From: Candidatus Fermentibacterota bacterium
Lineage (GTDB): Bacteria; Fermentibacterota; Fermentibacteria; Fermentibacterales; JCC-6
Direction of reading: 5' to 3'
NCBI GenBank assembly: GCA_039714295.1
Contig: JBDLJP010000001.1
Span: forward strand, 1 to 29,826
DNA: 29,826 bases
Part shown: positions 1-9,445 of the stretch, piece after piece
Numbering within the stretch: the first letter of the stretch is position 1
Layout: each line of letters opens with the position of its first letter
Made by a program: the position numbers and the translations under genes
Notes under the pieces: generated by a model
Told to the model about the DNA's origin: nothing
Seen by the model: the letters and a program-made list of their open reading frames with translations, nothing else
Database searches by the model: none

Positions 1-2
1 GC

Positions 3-908
3 CCCAGGGTGGGCTTTTCCGTTCCCTTCAGCGAAAATTCCGTTCTGTTCTCAACCTACGGACATCATTTCCAGATGCCTTCAATGAACTGCCTGTACAC
101 TCAGACATCCTACAACCTCGCAGGAGACAAGATAGTTGCCGGCAATCCGAACCTTGATCCCGAAATGACGCAGGTCTTTGAAATAGGGATAAGGCATTTT
201 ATCGATAACTTCACCGAATTTTCACTGGCGGCCTATTACAAGGATATTACAGGTCTTGTGAACACAGAAGACCACAGCGAGGGTACATACTACGTATTTA
301 CCAATGACGACAGCCATGGAATGGTAAGAGGTATTGAAGCAACCCTCAACAGGAGAGCGGGAAGTAATATTTCAGGGCAGCTCTCGTATGCCCTGTCCAT
401 CGCGAAGGGTAAATACTCATCAATACTTGAACGCTACAATTACTCGCAGATGGGGGTTCTGTACATTTCCAGGGAGGATAATTACCTTGACTGGGATCAG
501 ACACATACGGCATCTGCTTCTTTTGAGCTGCGCTCCTTTGAATCCGAGGGTCCCCGGCTGGCCGGATTTCATCCGCTGGAGAACATCAGGCTTGGTATTT
601 CCTGGAACTACGGCAGCGGGATACCCTATACGCTCCCTCCTGTGGAGGCGGAACTTATCGAGACCAACACGGAAAGGTATCCGTTTTCCATGCAGACCGA
701 TGTCGTTCTTTCAAGAATGTTCAGCATAGGCTCCACCGAGCTGAACCTGGTACTGGGCGTGTTCAACATATTCAACAGAATGAACGTTGTTCACATTTAC
801 GATACTTCTCTCTTCCACTCAAGCGGTGATCCCGGAGGCACCGAGGATAACCCGAGAGCCTGGTCACCAGCTCGGCATTTCGTACTGTCTGCGGGGATAT
901 CATGGTAA
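3..908 (+). CDS. TonB-dependent receptor, C-terminal beta-barrel part (5' truncated by window edge)
   Basis: Frame is open from the window start (PRVGFSVPF...YGHHFQMP). It contains the GNPNLDPE motif, AYYKDITGL, NIFNRMN and a C-terminal aromatic beta-signal (SAGISW). Confidence 0.9.
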   Translation, partial: PRVGFSVPFSENSVLFSTYGHHFQMPSMNCLYTQTSYNLAGDKIVAGNPNLDPEMTQVFEIGIRHFIDNFTEFSLAAYYKDITGLVNTEDHSEGTYYVFTNDDSHGMVRGIEATLNRRAGSNISGQLSYALSIAKGKYSSILERYNYSQMGVLYISREDNYLDWDQTHTASASFELRSFESEGPRLAGFHPLENIRLGISWNYGSGIPYTLPPVEAELIETNTERYPFSMQTDVVLSRMFSIGSTELNLVLGVFNIFNRMNVVHIYDTSLFHSSGDPGGTEDNPRAWSPARHFVLSAGISW

Positions 909-1915
909 ATAAATATAAGATGGCTTTTGCCGCGATTGCGCTTCTGATAATACCCGGCTGCACCGATCTGACGGAGTTTGACCACTCGATGATGGCAGGG
1001 ATCAGTGTTTTCCACACACCGGATCTCACCTGTGTTCATACGATAGAGAACATTTCAGGCGCAAGATCACTCTGCGCCCTTCCCGACTGCTTCATTGCCG
1101 CCACCACAGAGGGAACGGTGTTCCGTTTCGATCTTCAAACGTACGAACAGACAGGTATTTTCAACATTGGCAGCCCATCCTCTTCAGGTTACCACGAAAT
1201 CGAGTATAGTTTTTATGAGAACAGCGTTTATATCATCGGAGCATTAGGGCAGATCCTGGAAGTATCTGTTCCTGATATGGAAGTCCTAGACGCTTTCAAC
1301 GTCTGCGAAACTCCTGTGGACATTGAGGTCAGCCCTGATCCGGAGTTATCGTTCTTCTATGTGGCAGGTGCGACTTCACGCAGGATTTTCGAACTCAAGC
1401 TTGCAAGCAATGCAGTCTCCCGAAGCTGCATTCTTCCGTCCAGTCCCACATGTATGGCTATCCCTGAGAGTATGGATACTATTATGGTTGGAACACTTGC
1501 GGAAACTGAGATCGTTTCCCTCGTGACGGCATCAATGAAGCGAAGAAGAATGGATCATTTTCCCGGGATTCTGGCCATAGAAACAGTTCCGAACGATACA
1601 ACTTTCTGCGCGGTATTCAGCAGCTATTCGTTAAATAGTATCAGCACGATTCTGAAATTTTTTCCCAATCCTTTCTCGCCGGATCCTCTATATACCGGAG
1701 TAGTGAATATAGAGGGAGACATCCACTATATGGCAGCGGCGGAGTCTGACGGAACTCGTATTTACGTACTCAGCTATATGGGGAATAATGGCAGCAGACT
1801 GATATCCTACAACTGTGTTGAGTATTTCATTGAAAGTCAGATAGACCTGCCGGGTTACCCGCTTGACCTTGAGATCAGCCCTGGCGGGACGCTGCTGGTT
1901 CTTACCGCCGAATAG
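902..1915 (+). CDS. Putative lipoprotein with YncE/YVTN-like beta-propeller
   Basis: Lipobox-like LLIIPGC after a basic N-terminus. Repeated blade-like motifs (VCETPVDIEVSPD, LPGYPLDLEISPGG). Overlaps the TBDR stop by 7 nt. Alternative start at 920. Confidence 0.7.
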   Translation: MVNKYKMAFAAIALLIIPGCTDLTEFDHSMMAGISVFHTPDLTCVHTIENISGARSLCALPDCFIAATTEGTVFRFDLQTYEQTGIFNIGSPSSSGYHEIEYSFYENSVYIIGALGQILEVSVPDMEVLDAFNVCETPVDIEVSPDPELSFFYVAGATSRRIFELKLASNAVSRSCILPSSPTCMAIPESMDTIMVGTLAETEIVSLVTASMKRRRMDHFPGILAIETVPNDTTFCAVFSSYSLNSISTILKFFPNPFSPDPLYTGVVNIEGDIHYMAAAESDGTRIYVLSYMGNNGSRLISYNCVEYFIESQIDLPGYPLDLEISPGGTLLVLTAE

Positions 1916-1921
1916 TAAAGC

Positions 1922-2998
1922 TTAAGGTGTTAGCATTTCTATTGCGGCATCAATTACCGGGTCGATTCCGGCTGCGAAATCAGCCTCGGATACAGGTATG
2001 AAAATATCGGGAGCTATTCCGCAATTCAGTATAAGTGTGGTGTCCAGAGAATAGCTGACCAGCTCGGGTATCTGAATACTCCAGTCTTCGGTAAGATTAT
2101 ATGAGATGGTAGGATTGGCAAAACCCGCTGTAGTATCCCCGATCACGGTAACATGAGGCTGGGTTCGCAGAAGCAGTACAAGCTGCTCGGCGGCGCCCTG
2201 GGTATACCTGCCTGTCAGCAGGACTATGGGATTCGTGAACTGCCATGCGCCATTCCTGAAGGCAGATACCGTCAGCAGATTACCCATATCGTTTCTCCCC
2301 GGACCTACTCTGAATACTCTGTAGTAACCCGGTGCAGACTCTTCAATGAACCGTCCGCAGGCATAATATGCATGGGTTGAGGAGCCGCTTTCACCACACA
2401 TCCGCAGGTCGATAATAAGGCCATCACGATAATGTACTTCGTTTGTTACTTCGAAAAAATCAAGCCAGCTGAATGCCTCGCCCATATCACTTATGTATAA
2501 ATAACCTAAGTTACCCACAGAAACCGGGTATACAGCCTGTGCTCCAAAAACCTGAAGCGTTACGCCCGGAGGTAATGAAGACGGTCCGATCCAGCTTCGC
2601 ATATACTCCATCCATACTGATAAATCCCAGTTTACGAAATCGCCCTGGTTCCAGCTCTCATACCTGGTTCCCTCTGAATCCCGAAGGCTCAGGTTCTGAT
2701 CTTCCAGCTCACTCATCAGCTGAAGGCAGAGATCCACAAGCTCATCCCTGCTGGTAAGATTGGTAGCGGCTTCCCTGTATTTCAGGTAAGCCTCATCCCA
2801 GTCTACATTATCCTTAGCGAAAAAACCGGGATAATAAGTGTCAATCAGATCCCAGACAAGAATATATTCTGAAAAGAGCGAATCCGGCTCACCAACACTG
2901 CACGGATCCGTAACGCAGCCGGAAATGCCTGAAGCAAACAGGGCAATGCCTGCGGATATCACGATTGATAGCCATCTTAGTGTTATAATAATTCTCAT
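1922..2998 (-). CDS. S41 family peptidase-like lipoprotein, probably catalytically inactive
   Basis: Lipobox SGISGC. S41 hallmarks LWDLIDTYYPGF-like N-domain, GYLYI, LIIDLR, PIVLLT...AAE, VTVIGDTTAG, GIAPDI and DPVIDAAIEML. Start uncertain (ATG 2998 or TTG 3034). Confidence 0.85.
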   Translation of the reverse strand: MRIIITLRWLSIVISAGIALFASGISGCVTDPCSVGEPDSLFSEYILVWDLIDTYYPGFFAKDNVDWDEAYLKYREAATNLTSRDELVDLCLQLMSELEDQNLSLRDSEGTRYESWNQGDFVNWDLSVWMEYMRSWIGPSSLPPGVTLQVFGAQAVYPVSVGNLGYLYISDMGEAFSWLDFFEVTNEVHYRDGLIIDLRMCGESGSSTHAYYACGRFIEESAPGYYRVFRVGPGRNDMGNLLTVSAFRNGAWQFTNPIVLLTGRYTQGAAEQLVLLLRTQPHVTVIGDTTAGFANPTISYNLTEDWSIQIPELVSYSLDTTLILNCGIAPDIFIPVSEADFAAGIDPVIDAAIEMLTP

Positions 2999-3126
2999 CC
3001 TCTGTTTGAATGAATTCACGGCTCGGGTATCCAATCAGCTGCTTTAGCATAATAGCGTTATGCACATAATGCAATAATTTTCATACTTTCCCGTCCATAG
3101 GAGAAGGCGAAGGGAAATAACCGGAA

Positions 3127-3678
3127 ATGAACAATCAGCGAAAGTCGGTACTGGCGGAATTCTTTCATTGCAACTACAATCGTCTTGTCAATTATGTAAG
3201 AGGCATGATCGATGATTCCGCTCACAGAAGCAGCGAAGATATCGTCCAGGATGTGATACTCAGCATCCTTGACAGACCGGATCTTATAGCACCCATATCC
3301 GACCTGTCCGCCTATGTCTTTCGAGCACTCCGAAACAGGATCATCGACTACTACAGAAATCCTGATAAGGAACCCGTTTCGCTGGACACCGAGGATGAAA
3401 ACGGAATGAGCCTTTTTGATGTGCTTCCGGACGTGAAGTACCACCCTGAAGACTCCTACCGCAGGCATGCTCAGCACCGGCTGATTTTTGATCTGATCCG
3501 GAAACTCCCAAAGGCCCAGCTGGAAGTAATAATCGAAACCGAGTTCAACGGCAGAACATTCAAAGAGCTCTCGGAGCTCTGGGATGTGCCGTTGGGAACA
3601 CTTCTCGCGCGGAAGCACCGCGGCATCATGTCAGTTCGCGAGAAGCTTGAGAAGATGAAGGAGGAAGAGGATGGGTGA
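3127..3678 (+). CDS. ECF (sigma-24) RNA polymerase sigma factor
   Basis: Region 2 SEDIVQDV and RNRIIDYYR; region 4 HTH TFKELSELWDVPLGTLLARKHRG; 183 aa. An in-frame TAA at 3118 fixes the start. Confidence 0.93.
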   Translation: MNNQRKSVLAEFFHCNYNRLVNYVRGMIDDSAHRSSEDIVQDVILSILDRPDLIAPISDLSAYVFRALRNRIIDYYRNPDKEPVSLDTEDENGMSLFDVLPDVKYHPEDSYRRHAQHRLIFDLIRKLPKAQLEVIIETEFNGRTFKELSELWDVPLGTLLARKHRGIMSVREKLEKMKEEEDG

Positions 3679-3684
3679 TCTGCG

Positions 3685-4101
3685 ATGAGGGTAATGAAAT
3701 CTGAAATAGCGGGAAAATGTCCGGCTAAGGCTATTAAAATCGTTGGTTTTACTCTGCTTGGGTTAATTGGCGTTACCGTTCTTGCTATCCTGTTCGGCAT
3801 ATTTGTGAAGTTTCTCTGGAACGCGCTTCTGCCTGATATCTTCGGTCTGCCTGAAATAGGATACTGGCAGGCGGTTGGACTTGCAGTTCTGGCGCATATC
3901 TTCTTCGGAGCCCATGGCGGAACCAGCAAATACAAAAAAAGCAGAAATGTGAAGAAGTCCGAATCCGCAGAAGAGGTTGAAAAAAATGCCTTGAGCCGTG
4001 AGATGGAACTGGATTACGCGGAATTCTGGCGTGAAGAGGGACGTGAAGCGTTCAAAGCCTGGATGCAAAGGGAGAACGGCTCCGAAACTGAAGACAGCTA
4101 A
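3685..4101 (+). CDS. Membrane protein downstream of ECF sigma (WN-LP-IFGLP-I-YWQA-GL type), candidate anti-sigma or effector
   Basis: Two hydrophobic segments, motif LWNALLPDIFGLPEIGYWQAVGL and a charged C-terminal helix. Sits 6 nt after the sigma stop. True start may be ATG 3694. Confidence 0.75.
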   Translation: MRVMKSEIAGKCPAKAIKIVGFTLLGLIGVTVLAILFGIFVKFLWNALLPDIFGLPEIGYWQAVGLAVLAHIFFGAHGGTSKYKKSRNVKKSESAEEVEKNALSREMELDYAEFWREEGREAFKAWMQRENGSETEDS

Positions 4102-4123
4102 AGCTAAAGGTGCAGTGAAATGA

Positions 4124-4152
4124 GCGGACAGGCGACTCGGCCGCCTGTCCGC
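4124..4152. terminator. Bidirectional intrinsic terminator-like hairpin
   Basis: Perfect 11-bp stem GCGGACAGGCG/CGCCTGTCCGC with a 7-nt loop, between convergent genes. Confidence 0.8.
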
Positions 4153-4159
4153 CCTGTTT

Positions 4160-5728
4160 CTATCTGGCTATTACGATATTCCGTGTTTCTGAGATAGAAC
4201 CGGAGGATACCCGTGCAACATAAACCCCTGAAGGCAGATCCGAAAGAAGAAGGTTCACTCTTCCGGAAGACGCGTCATGGCTTCCGGATAGAACCTTGCG
4301 ACCGGTTAAGTCAAAGAGGGATACTTCCACATTGCCGGTAAAGCCCTGCAGTAGATCTATAGTCAGTATTGAATACGCAGGGTTAGGTGAAATACCTGCG
4401 ATCGTAAAGCCTGCAGAGGATTCTTCTCCCCCCGCTATACCGGTTGAGCTGGTGGGTACCGCAAGATATGCAACAGTTGCAACTGCCCCTTTGATACAGT
4501 TGGTTCCGAATGGGAAATAACTGATGTAATTTGCAAGAAGGTCAGTTGTCTGGTGGTAGAAAGGGTTGCTCCAGACTTCCTGCTCGATTCCGAGTACTGC
4601 CGCATAACCGTTGTTCCAGAAGGATGCATGATCGCTGTAGGTTGAGCCCGGAGAGTATTCTATATCAACCGTAAGCGCGGGAACGTATGTGTCGCATATG
4701 GCTTCCATAGCCAGCGCCAGATCGTGGGACTGCGTGTCGTAGGGTACCCACATGACTTCGTCTCCGGGAGGAGCGTACAGGAGCATGTCCAGGTTAATAA
4801 CACCAAGAATGTCATCTCCTGCTGAACTTGCCTGTGAGGCGTAGTAACTGCTTCCGTAAAGCCCCTGTTCCTCTCCCCCGAAACAGATGAACCTTATTGT
4901 ATATTCAAATTCATAGCCCGCGAGCAGCCGGGCTGCTTCAATAACAGCAGCTGAGCCGCTTGCATTGTCGTCAGCACCCGGAGCAATTGAAGGTGCGCTT
5001 CCCGATATCGAGTCAAGATGACCGCAGATGATGAATATCTTTGTAGAATCCGTTGTTCCGGGAAGTTCAGCAATTACATTCTGGCAATCATATGAACCCA
5101 TGCTGAATGTCTGCTGCTCGGCATACAGGCCGTAGTATTCGAACCTGGCCTGAACCCAGTTGCATGCCGTATCGTAGTTATCAGTGCTGGAGTAGCGCGT
5201 TCCGTAGTCTTCAAGATACTGAATGACAGCCTTTATGGAATCCTCATTAACCGCTGCAACAATATCCGAAACGTAATCATCGGTGCCACCAGCCGGCTGA
5301 CGCAGAAAGGGGATATCTGAACCATCTCCCGTACTTTTTACCCGGAGGGGCTGAAGGAAGAACACACCTTCACGTACGAATACTTCGGGAGCAGGACCGA
5401 GCAGTTTCACGATGACGATATTATCTCTCTGAAAAACCGTCACTCCGAGTTCATCCATGTGCTCGAGTCCGGCAGGAGAGGAAAGGTGGGCCAGAAGATA
5501 GTTCTCCATAAGAATGTCACCCGAATCGAGAACGGTTATGCTTGAAGCCTCGTCCAGAAGATTATCCGGAGCAATAACAACGAAATAATCAACGGCTTCG
5601 AAAACGAGCTGAATCTCATCCACGGGAAGGAGACGGCTTTCCTCTTGAAACTCTCCTTCAACAACAATTAACTCTGATGCGTATCCAATTGATACAAGCA
5701 TTATTACGGCTGCAAAAAGTTTAAACAT
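4160..5728 (-). CDS. M28 family metallo-aminopeptidase with signal peptide and T9SS type-A-like C-terminal domain
   Basis: CGHLDS, GADDNASG, GGEEQGLYGS, NLDM, SDHASF and YHQTTD motifs. C-terminal ISPNPA...LFDLTGRKV...LPSGVYVARV. AGGA RBS 8 nt before ATG 5728. Confidence 0.93.
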   Translation of the reverse strand: MFKLFAAVIMLVSIGYASELIVVEGEFQEESRLLPVDEIQLVFEAVDYFVVIAPDNLLDEASSITVLDSGDILMENYLLAHLSSPAGLEHMDELGVTVFQRDNIVIVKLLGPAPEVFVREGVFFLQPLRVKSTGDGSDIPFLRQPAGGTDDYVSDIVAAVNEDSIKAVIQYLEDYGTRYSSTDNYDTACNWVQARFEYYGLYAEQQTFSMGSYDCQNVIAELPGTTDSTKIFIICGHLDSISGSAPSIAPGADDNASGSAAVIEAARLLAGYEFEYTIRFICFGGEEQGLYGSSYYASQASSAGDDILGVINLDMLLYAPPGDEVMWVPYDTQSHDLALAMEAICDTYVPALTVDIEYSPGSTYSDHASFWNNGYAAVLGIEQEVWSNPFYHQTTDLLANYISYFPFGTNCIKGAVATVAYLAVPTSSTGIAGGEESSAGFTIAGISPNPAYSILTIDLLQGFTGNVEVSLFDLTGRKVLSGSHDASSGRVNLLLSDLPSGVYVARVSSGSISETRNIVIAR

Positions 5729-5835
5729 TATCACGTTCCTGTCAGATTAAGGTGATTTCGTACCAGTGCAGTATGCAATATCATAACAGTATAAACACAT
5801 TCTCACTAGGATAGTTTCATTCTCCCCGGGATATT

Positions 5836-6534
5836 CTACATGAGGGAGATCAGCGACTCCCAGCGCTGGTACTCTGTGAAAGCAGGCAGGTCTCTGCTCC
5901 TGAGGAACGATACTACTGAAGGTTCGTTAAGGCGAAGGAAGGGGTCTACCTTTAACTCGTCCTCCAGCGTTGCACAGACAAAGGCGGGATCGTAATTGCG
6001 CAGATATGTGTCGATAAAGCTGTTATCAGGTTCTACCATTCTGGCGAACTGCAGGTATTCTTCAACGTAGTCATGACCCGCGCAGATCAGCGTATCACCT
6101 GTTAGTTCAAGGAGTTTCCTGATCGATTCATAGAATGTTCGAATATCCCCCGTGAAGCACCTCCCGACCTTGCCGTTGAAGAGGGTGTCTCCCGAAAAAA
6201 GTATGCCATCAACATGGAAACAGACGGAATCAGCCGTGTGACCGGGAGTATGTATAATATCTATTCTGGAGCCCTCAAATGGCAGCGTCCTTATCGAAAA
6301 AAGTTCTCCAGCATCGATGACCTCCGCCTCCGTTGCTTCTGCAAGTTTTCTGTTGCCGCAGGTGTGATCTCCATGAGAATGCGTATTGGTGATTATTCTC
6401 AGTTCCAGACAATGTTCTTCCATGAACGACAGCATCTGACCCGAAGCTCCTCCGTCAATTGCGAGGGCGTATCTCTCTCCGTACATCAGGTACCCCAGAT
6501 TGTCTGCGGAATAGCCGAACTGCTTTACCTTCAT
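5836..6534 (-). CDS. gloB: Hydroxyacylglutathione hydrolase (glyoxalase II)-like MBL-fold hydrolase
   Basis: DNLGYL, THSHGDH, TPGHT, SGDTLF and GHDY motifs, with a C-terminal E-x-x-x-DPFLR. AGGAG RBS before ATG 6534. Confidence 0.8.
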   Translation of the reverse strand: MKVKQFGYSADNLGYLMYGERYALAIDGGASGQMLSFMEEHCLELRIITNTHSHGDHTCGNRKLAEATEAEVIDAGELFSIRTLPFEGSRIDIIHTPGHTADSVCFHVDGILFSGDTLFNGKVGRCFTGDIRTFYESIRKLLELTGDTLICAGHDYVEEYLQFARMVEPDNSFIDTYLRNYDPAFVCATLEDELKVDPFLRLNEPSVVSFLRSRDLPAFTEYQRWESLISLM

Positions 6535-6704
6535 GCCAGTACTCCTTTCTCTCTGCGCAATAGCATAACGCAATACAGAGCGATTAAGCAATTACCCTGC
6601 GAATGGGCTGGTTCGGCCTGTCAGGAAGCTGGGTTCCAACCATGGAAATTTTGATAATCTGTTATAGTACACATGTTGAACGATACAATCAAGGGGAAAA
6701 TATT

Positions 6705-7844
6705 ATGAAAATGTATATCTTTGCCTGCATTCTGCTGCTGATGATACTTGCCGGTTGCGGTGTAGAATCACCCTCGGAAGATGTTACTCTGAATACATCT
6801 GTTGATACTATTCTTATTGCGCCTTCGGACACTATCGGAATTCTCATGGGGGATTCCAACTACGTTTTCGGAACCATCGGTGACGCTCTTTACACTCATG
6901 ACGGAAACATAGCAGTACTGGATGAGGCTGGGTGCTGTATAAGGGTCTTCGATCCATCAGGTGAATTTCTTATGCAGATAGGAAGGGAGGGCAGCGGTCC
7001 GGGTGAGATGCTCTACCCCGGCGGAATGGTTCTGCTGTCAGACGGCTCTATCGGTGTTCTAGATCAGGCAGCTGGCGGTTTCAGCAGATTCAACGCTGAC
7101 GGTTCGTTCGACAGCCTGTATATCGACTTCCAGGGTCAGGGAGTACCCCAGTGGGCATGGGGAGTGGACGATGACGCCTTTGTGGGAGCATCCATCGTAA
7201 CAGGGATGCAGGATGATGCGATAATGGTAACTTTCAGCGTGGGAAAGTGGGAGAACTCGCCCGATCCGACTGTTGTATATTTCGAGAATGTTTTCCCGTT
7301 CAACCCGGCTGATATGGCATCCTTTCTTGAGAACAGCATCTTTTCGGTGGCTTTCGCTGCTGACAGGGATGGTGTCGTCTATATCGCTCCCGTTTCCTCC
7401 AGTGAATACAGAATAGATATTTACAGCCCGGATGGAACTCTCACGTCCACCATCGAAAGAGATTTCCCGCGCGTTGAAAAATCCCCCGAAGAGATCGATG
7501 ATGAGATCGCTGTGATCAGTGCTATTCTGCGGGAAAGGGGCGTTCCTGAACACATGATCGACTACAGCCCTGATACATATCACTGGATGATCCCGCCCCA
7601 GAGTATAGGGGCCGACGGTATGGGCAGAATTTGGGTCCAGAACGGAACAGTCGATGATCCGGTAATGGACGTTTATGCAAGGGATGGAGAACACCTTGCT
7701 GTTGTAAGGATCGATGGTGTTGTGAATCCCGACATATTGGATTTCATTAACTTCAAGATTCAACCTCTGGGAATTCTGGGGTATTCTCTGCAGGATCCGG
7801 AGTATCCCAGGCTTTACGTAATCCCGATGCCTGAAATACCCTGA
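6705..7844 (+). CDS. Lipoprotein with 6-bladed (NHL-like) beta-propeller
   Basis: Lipobox ILAGC. NHL-like segment VFDPSGEFLMQIGREGSGPGEM, then DGMGRIWV. AAGGGG RBS before ATG 6705. Confidence 0.85.
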   Translation: MKMYIFACILLLMILAGCGVESPSEDVTLNTSVDTILIAPSDTIGILMGDSNYVFGTIGDALYTHDGNIAVLDEAGCCIRVFDPSGEFLMQIGREGSGPGEMLYPGGMVLLSDGSIGVLDQAAGGFSRFNADGSFDSLYIDFQGQGVPQWAWGVDDDAFVGASIVTGMQDDAIMVTFSVGKWENSPDPTVVYFENVFPFNPADMASFLENSIFSVAFAADRDGVVYIAPVSSSEYRIDIYSPDGTLTSTIERDFPRVEKSPEEIDDEIAVISAILRERGVPEHMIDYSPDTYHWMIPPQSIGADGMGRIWVQNGTVDDPVMDVYARDGEHLAVVRIDGVVNPDILDFINFKIQPLGILGYSLQDPEYPRLYVIPMPEIP

Positions 7845-7875
7845 GAACAGAAAGAACAGAGAGAGGTAGAGTCTG

Positions 7876-8502
7876 ATGAACTTCAGAGGAGCATTTATTA
7901 CAGGAAATCCTGTCACGGATGGCAGCGGGGCAGGACCCTGGCGCTGGTCAATGTTCCTGATCAGCCCCTTCACCTATTCCTTCTCACTTGCCTGTGTTTA
8001 CCTTGGCATGAGGGGAGTGATGAAACTCGGGGGATTTGTTGCGGTGGGGGGACCTTATGAGATAGCTCATCCGGCACCGGACTGGATATGGGTATTCCCT
8101 GTTTCGATAATGTTTATGATCGGATCGATGTTCGTCTCCCTTTTTTCGGCATCCCGAATCAGCGGTCCAAATATCATGGCTCTCTCCTGGTCGGGTCTGT
8201 TCACTCTGCTTGGATGGAACTTCGTTCAATTCGGTTTCGGTATAGGTATGGGGGGAAGTCTGGCATTCGGCTGGATAATATGCGCTGTGACGTTCATGCT
8301 AATGGGTCTGATCCCTCTTATCTTCATACTCAGATCATTTTTCCGATCCCTGGCCGAAAGAATGAACTCCGGAATTGAGACAGGTACCGGATCGACAGGC
8401 ACTGACGGGCAGCTTGCATGGAGTATCTCACTGATTCTTCAGGTTGCACTCTCCGTCGCCGGTTTCTGGCTGGGGCTGGTATTCTTCAAAGCAATATCAT
8501 GA
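7876..8502 (+). CDS. Uncharacterised multi-pass membrane protein
   Basis: About five hydrophobic helices and a GGPYEIAHPAP loop. GAGAGG RBS. Its stop overlaps the next start (ATGA 8499-8502). Confidence 0.75.
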   Translation: MNFRGAFITGNPVTDGSGAGPWRWSMFLISPFTYSFSLACVYLGMRGVMKLGGFVAVGGPYEIAHPAPDWIWVFPVSIMFMIGSMFVSLFSASRISGPNIMALSWSGLFTLLGWNFVQFGFGIGMGGSLAFGWIICAVTFMLMGLIPLIFILRSFFRSLAERMNSGIETGTGSTGTDGQLAWSISLILQVALSVAGFWLGLVFFKAIS

Positions 8503-9440
8503 TAGCGGCGGATCTGCATATCCATACAACATGCTCGGACGGCGAGTATTCTCCATCTGAGATAGTCCGCGCGGCAAAGGATTTGGGTTTCAATACCATA
8601 GCAGTCACTGATCATGATACGGTTTCGGGCATATCTGAAACCCTTTCCGCCGGAAGGGATGAAGGTATTGATGTTATTCCCGGAATCGAGATTACCGTGA
8701 AATTCCGCAGGGAGTATTTCACCGGATCGCTTCATGTGCTTGTCTATTTCTCTGAGGACCTTTTTCAAGACCGGGATTTCATCACCGAACTTGATGGAAT
8801 AGTTTCAAAGGGTCGCGGCCCGGCACTTGTTAAAGAGCGGGTCAGATGCATCAACGAAGAATTCGGTCCAGCCGGGAAGACTCCTCTGCTGACACAAAAC
8901 CTCACGGTTAAGGAGATTTCCAGCTATGCGAAGAATGTTTCCCGCAGACACTTCGCCAAGGCCCTGTCGGAAAGGCATGGGTTGTCCAAAGATAAGATAT
9001 CTCAGCTTATCGGCAACGACAGCCCTGCTTATGTGCCCTCGGGTGTCGATATGAAGCTACTGAAAAATATCTTCAGAAAATATCCTGTGATACCTGTTCT
9101 CGCCCACCCGGCTGCTGGTTCTTTTCCGGGGAAGGGTCACTACAAAGAGGTTCTCCCTCCCCTTGCCACAGTAGAAAGGATCCTTCCAGAGTTTCTTGAC
9201 CTGGGGGTTAAAGGTCTGGAGGTTTTCTATCCGGGGCATACACAGGAACATGTTGAATATCTACTTGATGTAGCCGGAAAACATGGTCTTGTCATCACTG
9301 GAGGCTCCGATTGCCACGACGATACACAGCGCCCTCTGCTCAAGCCCGGAATGGTCAGGGACATTTCCGCTTTTCTATCACTATACAGATCCTGTCTGAT
9401 GGAAGCCTGCCTGCCTGACCCTCAGATTATTCAGCGGTAA
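8499..9440 (+). CDS. PHP domain metal-dependent phosphoesterase (TrpH/YciV-like)
   Basis: DLHIHTTCSDG, AVTDHD, GIEI, HVL, LAHP and GGSDCH motifs. ATGA overlap with the upstream gene defines the start at 8499. Confidence 0.92.
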   Translation: MIAADLHIHTTCSDGEYSPSEIVRAAKDLGFNTIAVTDHDTVSGISETLSAGRDEGIDVIPGIEITVKFRREYFTGSLHVLVYFSEDLFQDRDFITELDGIVSKGRGPALVKERVRCINEEFGPAGKTPLLTQNLTVKEISSYAKNVSRRHFAKALSERHGLSKDKISQLIGNDSPAYVPSGVDMKLLKNIFRKYPVIPVLAHPAAGSFPGKGHYKEVLPPLATVERILPEFLDLGVKGLEVFYPGHTQEHVEYLLDVAGKHGLVITGGSDCHDDTQRPLLKPGMVRDISAFLSLYRSCLMEACLPDPQIIQR

Positions 9441-9445
9441 TTGCC

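Noticed and set aside
3058-3618. 186-aa minus-strand ORF
   Set aside because: Shadow of the ECF sigma factor.
1916-4112. 13/14-nt match TAAAGCT[T/A]AAGGTG at two convergent gene ends (1916-1929 and 4099-4112)
   Set aside because: Near-matches of this length are expected by chance in 30 kb; only two copies.
7059-7973. 304-aa minus-strand ORF
   Set aside because: Shadow of the beta-propeller lipoprotein.
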